Shown: piece after piece, positions 55,653 to 64,000 of the stretch
How positions within the stretch are numbered: the first letter of the stretch is position 1
How the letters are laid out: the number at the start of each line of letters is the position of its first letter
Source: Ascidiella aspersa
Taxonomy: Eukaryota
Length of the DNA: 64,000 bases
NCBI GenBank assembly: GCA_963924565.1
Contig: OZ004608.1
Coordinates: 34,348,001-34,412,000 of the forward strand
Direction of reading: 5' to 3'
The notes under the pieces: generated by a model
Databases searched by the model: none
What the model saw: only the letters and a program-made list of their open reading frames with translations
Told to the model about the DNA's origin: nothing
Made by a program: the position numbers and the translations under genes

Positions 55653-56318
55653 CAATGGAAGCAATTAAAGGATTACAGGTTTTTAACTTCAATTTTCCAC
55701 ATACAACAAATTAAAGTAAATAAAATCACAAAAGAAAATATTTTTTAAACTGAAATAACTTAATTTGCTCCAAAACTAGTAAAATTTGTGTTAAGTTTAA
55801 ATTATTGTTTTTTCTTCCGGTAGATGTCGTTGTTATTAAATTATTTGTTGCCAAAACATCCAACAAAGTACAATACATTAATAAAATGTTTTCTTAAGTT
55901 ATTAAAGGTTGCTTTTGTTTTTCTATTTATTCAATAAAACGAATGACTCTCTGTTTTTATTATTAACTAATTTTGATCAGATAAAACTTACATGATCTTT
56001 AACTTTTAAAACGAACGGTTTACTTTTAAGATTCCATTATACCCCACAGTTCAGGAATAATAAATACCAATGTGTAGTGTTTGTATTTTGAAATTAAAAA
56101 TAATATCGTTCAGAATTTTAAGATAACGCAATAGTTTTTGTATTAATTCAATACCATGGTACTTTTTTGTTCGAGTATCTTTTTGTACTATCTTAATTTT
56201 TTATAACAGCAATCATATAAGCCCAAATCAAGTTAATAACTAGTTCTACCAATTCTGCTTGCATAGGTAGCCTACAACGGAACAGTAAACTGTACAGTAA
56301 CAGATAGGCAAAAATGTA

Positions 56319-56586
56319 GGCGCTCTTTCACTATTGTACGTAAAAATTAATAAAAAAAAATTTTCTTCAAATGCCGCATACCACAACGCATATTGTTTGG
56401 GTTAGGGTGCGGGTTAGCGTTTGGTTGAGGGTGGGTCAAGCTATTATTAATAATAAACATAATATTACTTGACCAACCCTCAACCAAACGCTAACCCGCA
56501 CCCTAACCCAAACAATATGCGTTGTGGTATGCGGTATTATTATTTTTTTTTGCACAACTTTTCACGTACAATAGTAAAAGAGCGCC
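56319..56586. mobile_element. Palindromic MITE with 8-bp TSD (Merlin-like GG..CC termini)
   Basis: TIR GGCGCTCTTTCACTATTGTACGT / ACGTACAATAGTAAAAGAGCGCC; inner 67-bp arms 56374-56440 / 56468-56534 with one mismatch; TSD aaaatgta (56311-56318, 56587-56594). Confidence 0.85.
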
Positions 56587-56751
56587 AAAATGTATTACTG
56601 CAATAACTGTTGGGTTGTGTCGGGTAGTGCTATTGTTTACTTGAAATAACCAAGATTTAAATTTATACCAAATATTCTTATAATTTGTTTTAATATTTAG
56701 CTTTTTGCATAGTATTTTAACTTGAACAGTGAACTGTGCAAAATTGGTAAT

Positions 56752-59700
56752 ATGTCTGCGGGAAGGCCACCAAGTTCTATGCGAGGCAGACCACCAACCG
56801 GTTCCATGGGCCGGCCGCAGTCTGGAATGCGAATGGCTCCACCTGGAACCGGTCGGCCTGGAACCAGGGGAGGCCAGGCCCAAGGTGGAAGTGTATTTGG
56901 GAGTGGAATAAAAGTGGCAGACAGGTAGGCTAATGTCTTTTGAAAAGAATTTTAAAATAAAATAAATATTACTTATACTTTGTATGCATACTTTTACTCA
57001 ATTTTTTATTGACCATTTCTGACTTGTTTGCAACACTTTCTACTAGTATTGTTTTAACTTTTTGAATTTTGGGTGTATTAATCCAGACCCATGGTCCTTG
57101 CGTTTTTGTTAGTTTTTAGTAAAGATATTGCTTATACACTAACAAGTTTACCAATTTAAAAAGTTTAAGGTTTTATTTTTATGTCAATTATTTGACTTGA
57201 AGTTGATTTGAATCATGACTTGACTTGTTATATTTGCAAAAAGTTGGACTTGAACTTAAGTATTTTTTAACTAACCTGTCTTGAACTCAAGTTTTTTTTT
57301 TTCAAAGGTCTTGACTTGAACTTAAGGTATTTTTCAAATGACTTGACTGGGAATTAGGTCATTTCAAAATGACTTGTTCACAACACTGTTTACTAGCATT
57401 GTTTTTACCCTTTAAATGTTGGGTTTTTTAATCCAGACCCATGACCCAGCAGGGACTAAGTGGGTTGAAAATGGCCAACAAAACCGGTTCCCAGCGTCAA
57501 ATTCAGGACCGCACGTTTTGGCTCGGCGAGATTCGCAGCAAATGCACCCAACTCAATTCGGAGATTAGAAAGGTCGAAGGTGAAATAACACGCTACCAAG
57601 AAGAGAACAACACCTATCTCATGTTCGAGAAAAGAGCCGAAACTTTGGCATCAGAAATTTCAGGCATTCAGGTGCTTTTAAGTTTTCCATATTTTATTAT
57701 TTAACTGTAAATGTATATCTTCTACATTTAGCTCACATTTTGTAGGTAAAATGCCTATTTTTTTAAGTCAATTAATCCTTAGATACAGCTGAATGCTAAT
57801 CAAAGTCGCAAATTTAATAGAAAGTTTAGCGAAAATATTTTCAATTATCTTTTGTTTTTCCTGTTAAGGATTTTAATTGCATATCTGCACATATCAAAGA
57901 ATCTGGGCCTTAACTTAACATTCATAAAAATATTAAATAAATGCAGATTGTGGATATTGTACAAAAAAGGTGACTATTAAACATCTCAATTTATAAAAAA
58001 AAATGGATTTGGATATTTCAATATAAATAAAAAATAAAAATACCAAAAATCATAAATAAATATTTCACCAGGGTGAATTGCACGATTACAACATGATGAT
58101 CGATCGCATGAACATGAATCAAGAACTCCCCGATATGGTGGAAGACCTTAATGCGCTCAAGGTAAAAAACGACCGCGAAGCCGACAGTCTGGAGCGTATT
58201 TTTGAGCAAAAAGAAGGCAAGGAAAAGCAAATCGAGCAATTTGACAAAGAAATTAAGAGACAGAAGACATTGACTGAAAATCGAGTTCAGGACATGAATG
58301 ATGAGATGAGGCAAAAATATTCTGAGCTCAAACGTGAAGGAATTCAGGTAATTTGATTTTATCCTATGATTTAAATAATGTTTTCTTACTTGAATATTTG
58401 TTAACATACACCCATTGATTTCACGTATTCACATATATTATTCACACATATGTCTTTTATTTATTTCTGTATTGGTGAAACTACTATTAGACAAACCTAG
58501 GCAACTACAGCCGCCAAGCAGTTTAATCCGACCCACAGCTCATTTTCAATAAAATTTCTGTAACCAAAAAAAGCCTTTACTTTGTTCTTGAATCAAGAAT
58601 ATTTTATTAAATAAACCACATTGCATTCTCACCTATTCGTACTCCAACCAGTCAAAACAAGGACATTTATAGCTTTCTTTTGAGAGAAAATACACTCTAT
58701 ATTATATGTATTTCAGCTCCTATTTTAACCCATCCCTCTAAACCATTTTCTGTTTCTTATGCGGCCCATAGTCAAAAAGAATTAGGCTTTAGGAAGCTCT
58801 TCTATATAACAACAAAACATCATATTTATCACAGTTAATTGGACGCTTACAGGGGGGGAGGGCAAACAAAGGTGATTGATTGACTGATTTCTGTTAACTT
58901 TGCATTCAAACACTTTGATACCCAAAAGAAAACAATTCATTTTATTTTCATTTTATTCTATTTTTAGAACATGGATGAACTCACCAAGCTGCAAGATAAT
59001 CTTGAGGAGCTTTCTGCTAAGCAAGCCAACCTTGAGATGCAGATGCAGAGTGACGGGATGAAGCAAGAAGCAGTGATGCTCTACGAGAAGCATAACGAAC
59101 TCCTCCAGAAGAAAGAACATCTTGAAGATGAGGAGAAGGCAAGTCTGAGTCCAGAGCAGGAACAACAGGATCTCCTGGCCAAGGTCAGTATCTGAGGTTA
59201 AGGTCATTGTTTGCCCTATACTAGGAGTTGGCTGCGAAAACCTCGGTTTATACTTCATTCGTAACACCAAAAGAGCTATTTCTATCAATTTTAGGTCGTT
59301 GTTTTATTTAAATCAATGTATTCCTAATAGTTTTTTTTTTCTAATTTTTGATTTTTTTACAAAAAAAAAAACAAGATTCGCCCGATTTATTAGTAACATG
59401 AAAGAAGTTTGTTTATCCTATCTTCACATACGTTTTCTTTTATTACTAGCTTTTCTTTTGTCATTTTTTCTATTTTATCTTTTTTTTATGATTTTTGACA
59501 ATTGTGCCCATCTAAATAAGAGTTTTGTGTTTGCTTTGAGCAGGTGAAGAGTTACAACCAGGAGATCTCTTCGATGGATCGTCAGAGCACGGAACTTGAT
59601 GAGAACATTCAAGTAATGCAGGAAGAACTGCAACAGCTCGAAGATGAACTCGAAGACCAGGAGGTAAAACTCCTAAAAACACTATTTTGTTCTAAAAGAT

Positions 59701-62700
59701 CTAATGCAACCCACAACAACATTTTGTAGTTGAATTTGACCCAGCATTAAAGAATTTTGCACGCTCATCTTTTTCGCAGAGCGACTATAAATTTGGTTCT
59801 GAAGTTTTTGATTGGATATTTTTGTCTTTTTTGATGACTGCTACTATCTAATCAAAGCTTTGTGAGTTAGTCGGTAGTCGGTTCTGAAGTTTATGATAGG
59901 ATATTTTGTCTTGTTTTTTTTTCTGGCTGCTTCTCTCTAATCATAAGCTTTAGGATTACGAACGCATCTTTCACCATTCATCTTTCCGCAGAGCGACTCG
60001 GTCCTGAAGTTCCGTCAGATCCAGAAACGTGAGCAGACGATCGACGAGTTCGAGTCAACCTTTCAACAAACTCGCACCGAGGAGGAAGAACAACAGAACA
60101 TCTTGGGAGAAAACATCATCGCTTTGTTAGGAGAGATTTCAAAGACACTGACCACAGCCTCTAATCTGCCTTCGCACAACGAAATGCAGGCGCTAAAGGT
60201 TTGTGATTAATTATGTTAAAAGCGGCAAATAATTGTTTAACAGTTTTTTGTGTTTTTGTTTTAGCGCTTATTGTTACTTGAAGGAGAAATATAAATTAGA
60301 AATGTCAATTTTTGTCATTTCTTATGTTTAATAAAGGGTGAGTTTTTGCCAAATGTATGTAATACAGAATCTAGGCAAAACAATTTATTGATGTCATCCA
60401 GGTAAAACCTTGCATATTTTCTCATTTGAGTGCAATCTAAAAAATAAACGCCAAAAAAGACTATAAAAAGTAAATCAATATAAAAGTTGCATATTGTTTG
60501 AATGAGGATATCTTTAAAACTTGGGAATATGTGCTTTGGCATCAAAATTTAAAATCCACAATAAACTTGTTTGAACAACGTACTTTAAAATAAAGTCAAA
60601 TTAACTAGCAAAAATTTACCACCAAATTGTGTAATGAAAACACTTCAGTCTACTCAAGTCGTTTGCCCCAGTGACTTAAATTCCAAGTCAGTAAATTTCC
60701 CCAAAATACTTAATTCCAGCCATTGACCTTAAGTCAAAGCAACACTGTAAACCAAGTTACCCTGTCTTGTGTTTTTTACCCAGGATGATCTTCAATTCAA
60801 AGAAGGCGAGCTTCACAAGGCAGAGTCCACTTCTCAGTCTCTCGCCACCCAAAGCACAAGTCTCCAGTTTAAACTCAACAAAGTAGAAGAACTCGAGACG
60901 AAAATCGAAAACGAGAAAGAAGAACTGAATGAGAAGATTGAAGCAGCCCTGGCCGAGATTGAAGTTTTCAAGTAAGTAGAGGTTTTGAAAGCACTTTTAG
61001 GGATAAAACTTATGTGATTATGCTATAGGCTATAGCACAGGCCGATCACATTTCATCACCTAAAAAACGATAAAAAGTATACCGGGAAGTTTTTTCAAGT
61101 AAATAGAGGTTTTCAATGCACTTTTGGGGATAAAACTTTGGGAATAAGTGCTATAGCGTATGGCCGTATGCCTACCATATTTCATCACCCGAAAAAACGA
61201 CAAAAAGTATACCGTGAAAGAATTTTTGCGTTTAAAAAAATTATCAAATCTTTTTGGATAAATATACGCATATAAATATAGCAGCAAAAAAGACCTAAAC
61301 AAGGAAAATTTATTTGCCAAATCAAATCCCACATAATGGACATTCGGTTGTTTCCTAAACTTCACAGTATACAAAAACGGCTAATGATCTAAATTGGGAA
61401 TTAGACATAAACCCGGATATTACTGTGTGTGGTGCGGTGTAAACTAGTTGTTTTAAAATAAATTTACGGTCAAGTCATTTACAAAAATAACTTGTCCAAA
61501 TTTAACGTTAAAGTCATCTTTACAATTACCAAGGAAGCTGAAGCACTTTAGGTAGTAAGGAATGGATTCATTCGAATTAAGAAACTGATGATGCCCTATA
61601 GGCGAAATATATATTTCTGTTAAAATTTAAGAATTGATTTTATGTTTTACCTGTTTTTGTAAACAGTTTAAAATTACCAAGGAAGTCATTTGAAAACAGT
61701 GAGTAAGGTGCTCAAAAGTCAAGTCAATAACTCAAGTCACTCCATCACTGTTAGTGCGTATTTGGCTTGTTTATATCGTTGCTTTGTAAGCCTGATCGCG
61801 TGTTCCCTTTTTATACGTCCTGTTGTTTTAAAAAAAAAACAATCGACCACTGTTGCGTCACAACAGGCCGGCAAAAGCCTTGTTTACCTTTAAAAAAACT
61901 GTCCAGGGACTTGGATAAGCTGCGAGCGGATGCCGAGAAGCGCAAGCGCGATTTGGAGCAGGAGCGCTCGGAGCTGAGTGGGAGAAAGAGTGAGAGTAGG
62001 AGGAGAGCGGAGGAGGCTCATGCGGAGTACCAGGAGGTTGTAACAGCGCTGGAGGAGAATGACACACACGCTCAGCTGAGCAACTTGGTGAAGAAGTGGC
62101 AACACCTAGAGCAGAACAACTTCAGCTTGAAGGTAAACTGACTTTTCTTGTCTGTTTTTTTGATTATTATGAACTTCTTTATGTGTGAAAATCGAGATTT
62201 TTATCGAGGTAAAGTGGATTCGAACATTGTGTTTTATTACGACACCCGGTATTTTTGACGAACAGTACATCTGTCCAAACGTATACGAAGTTTTTATTAA
62301 TATAAGATTAAAAAAATACTAGTTTGGTTTCTTTACGTGTGGAATTATGCTGGGAACTTTAGCTATTTTTCTTTTCTATACAACGCATGTTTCTTTATTG
62401 AGTAGATGAGGGCAAACAACCTCTATTTTACTCAGTTTAAAAAAAACAACTTAATTAGGTGAAATTATAAAAAGCAAAACAATCCCAAATAAAACCCATG
62501 GGTAAAGGGTAGGTGCAAATCGTGGGAAAATCTAAATTAAACACTACTAAAACATTGTTAAATATTTAAAAACATCAAATAAACTATCTAGGGCGAATAT
62601 TTTTTGACTTGTCAAAAAAAGTCAAAATTTTGTCAAAATTTACACGTTAGGTCAAATTTTGTCAAAATTTACACGTTAAAGTCGAAATCGAATAAAATTG

Positions 62701-64000
62701 CACATAAATCGCTTACAAAATTAAAAAAAACTAAAGTCAGCTTTTTGAAATTGGTCGTTCGGTTATTTGAAATTAATCTTTCATTTTATCAAAGAAAAAT
62801 TTGATATATGTTAAAAGTCATTTTAATCGTATTATATCTTTATTAGAGCAATATGCACTATACAGTATAAAAAACGCGTGATTAACGACGCCTAGGTTAT
62901 TTAAATCAATGTATTTCTAACAGGTCAAAATTTTGTCAAAATAAATTATTTTTAGGTCAAAATTTCCTATTTTTTTTGGTCAAAAAATATTCGCCCTAAC
63001 GATAACTAATAACTATTTCGTGTATACAGTTCACAAAAAATTGTATTCCAGTGGTTGTTTTTTCAACTTTTACCTTTATGAGTTAATTCATTTGTAAATC
63101 CTAAATAGGAAGTCCCATTCCAAGTCATTAAGATGAAAATAAAATGTTAAACTATTAGGATTGTTCAACTCGTAAACTATTGTCGTGTATGTGTGGAAAT
63201 TATGCTAAGTTTAGAATTTGTTGCAGTGGCGATTTTTTTATCGAAGTTAAGTATATCCGAACTTTGTGATTATTTCGATTCCGATATCTGAAATATCGGG
63301 CAAACAGTACGTCTGCACAAACGGATACCAAATTTTAATTACAAGATTAACACAATCGCAAACACAATTACCAACCCCCTTCGTCGTTCAAGGTGCGACT
63401 GCTGTAGGCCTTTACAAACGCTTACCATATTGAAAGCCGACAATAGTTGATATTAAATTGGCAAATATACCTGGTATATTATACCACCGTACAGTAACGT
63501 AGAAAGTTTTATTTATATGAATTGTTATGTTGGTGTTTAGATTTCCTATGTGTAGATAACTTATAGGTTATTAAAGCTTAACGTATTGTTCATACTAAAG
63601 TCTTGTCACCGATGTTGCGATCAAGTACCACCTTTAAAACCACGATTAGAAAATAAATCGACACAGGTCAGAAATGCTTTAGAAACGCTACCGGCAACTC
63701 ATTTTTTAGGTAATCAACGGCGATTTGTTAAGTTTGCGCTTAATGATCGTCTTTTATTAATTCGTAAAAAGATTGCAGTATAGCGACACAATTTTTTTTT
63801 TGCGAGTAATAGTTTAAATGCTGGGGCTTGCAAAAATGGATTACAGTGTGGGTTTCGGTAATAAAAATGCTGGATATAAAAGCCTGCTGCCGAAAAAAAA
63901 ACAATCAAGTTCCCTGCAAGAGAAAATATAAAGAAATATAAAAATGTGATAAGAGCTGTTTTAACAAAACCTTACCCTTACCACCACAGGAATACATCGC
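56752..64000 (+). CDS. IFT74: Intraflagellar transport protein 74 (IFT-B core); 3' end runs off the window
   Basis: Exons 56752-56924, 57437-57671, 58072-58347, 58968-59183, 59544-59663, 59992-60198, 60784-60971, 61907-62132, 63990->64000; GT-AG and phase-consistent. Basic RPPS/RPGT N-terminus, [71 protein letters not shown] and EYIA match recalled IFT74. Confidence 0.95.
61538..61671 (+). mobile_element. Penelope-like short element, family P3, in IFT74 intron 7
   Basis: Perfect 14-bp TSD aattaccaaggaag (61524-61537, 61672-61685). Contains a hammerhead and interrupts an AAGTCA-family element. Confidence 0.75.
61580..61618 (+). ncRNA. Minimal type I hammerhead ribozyme motif
   Basis: AGAAA-CTGATGA-T-GCC(ctata)GGC-GAAA-TATA-TA-TTTCT: 5-bp helix I, helix II closed by G-C, palindromic ATATAT helix III. 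Confidence 0.75.
62190..63350. repeat. About 120-bp direct duplication (62190-62311 vs 63230-63350) in IFT74 intron 8
   Basis: tttttatcga.gt.aagt...cgaac.ttgtg...aacagtac.tctg.caaacg.atac..aagattaa. Confidence 0.7.
62589..62998. mobile_element. MITE with 20-bp TIRs
   Basis: TAGGGCGAATATTTTTTGAC...GTCAAAAAATATTCGCCCTA; internal gtcaaaattt repeats; TSD unclear (possibly TA). Confidence 0.7.

Noticed and set aside
482-63908. Most short ORFs in the supplied track
   Set aside because: AT-rich intronic, intergenic or repeat-derived frames, many with non-ATG starts and no splice or homology support

Overview
AT-rich, intron-containing eukaryotic DNA. It is probably an invertebrate chordate such as an ascidian (inferred from the close vertebrate-like FAM184A/IFT74 proteins, compact GT-AG introns and TGACGTCA abundance). 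Three spliced genes were reconstructed by hand with consistent intron phases. (1) A 5-exon secreted TIMP-fold protein fused to a long Thr-rich mucin-like tail (+, 4416-11583, 618 aa). (2) A 19-exon FAM184A orthologue (-, 54706-24414, about 1112 aa, possibly with an extra terminal exon at about 20 kb). (3) IFT74 (+, 56752 to beyond the window end), head-to-head with FAM184A across a 2-kb spacer carrying RFX X-box-like motifs. The non-coding DNA is full of MITEs, tRNA-derived SINE heads and local duplications. The most notable hidden signals are: three unrelated families of short, TSD-flanked, hammerhead-ribozyme-bearing Penelope-like elements, several forming 80-90 bp fold-back hairpins; the TIMP-mucin chimera, which may have a blocked Cys1; and at least seven 'ghost' duplicates of real splice junctions lying in the adjacent introns. 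Homology calls are from recalled sequences, not from database searches.
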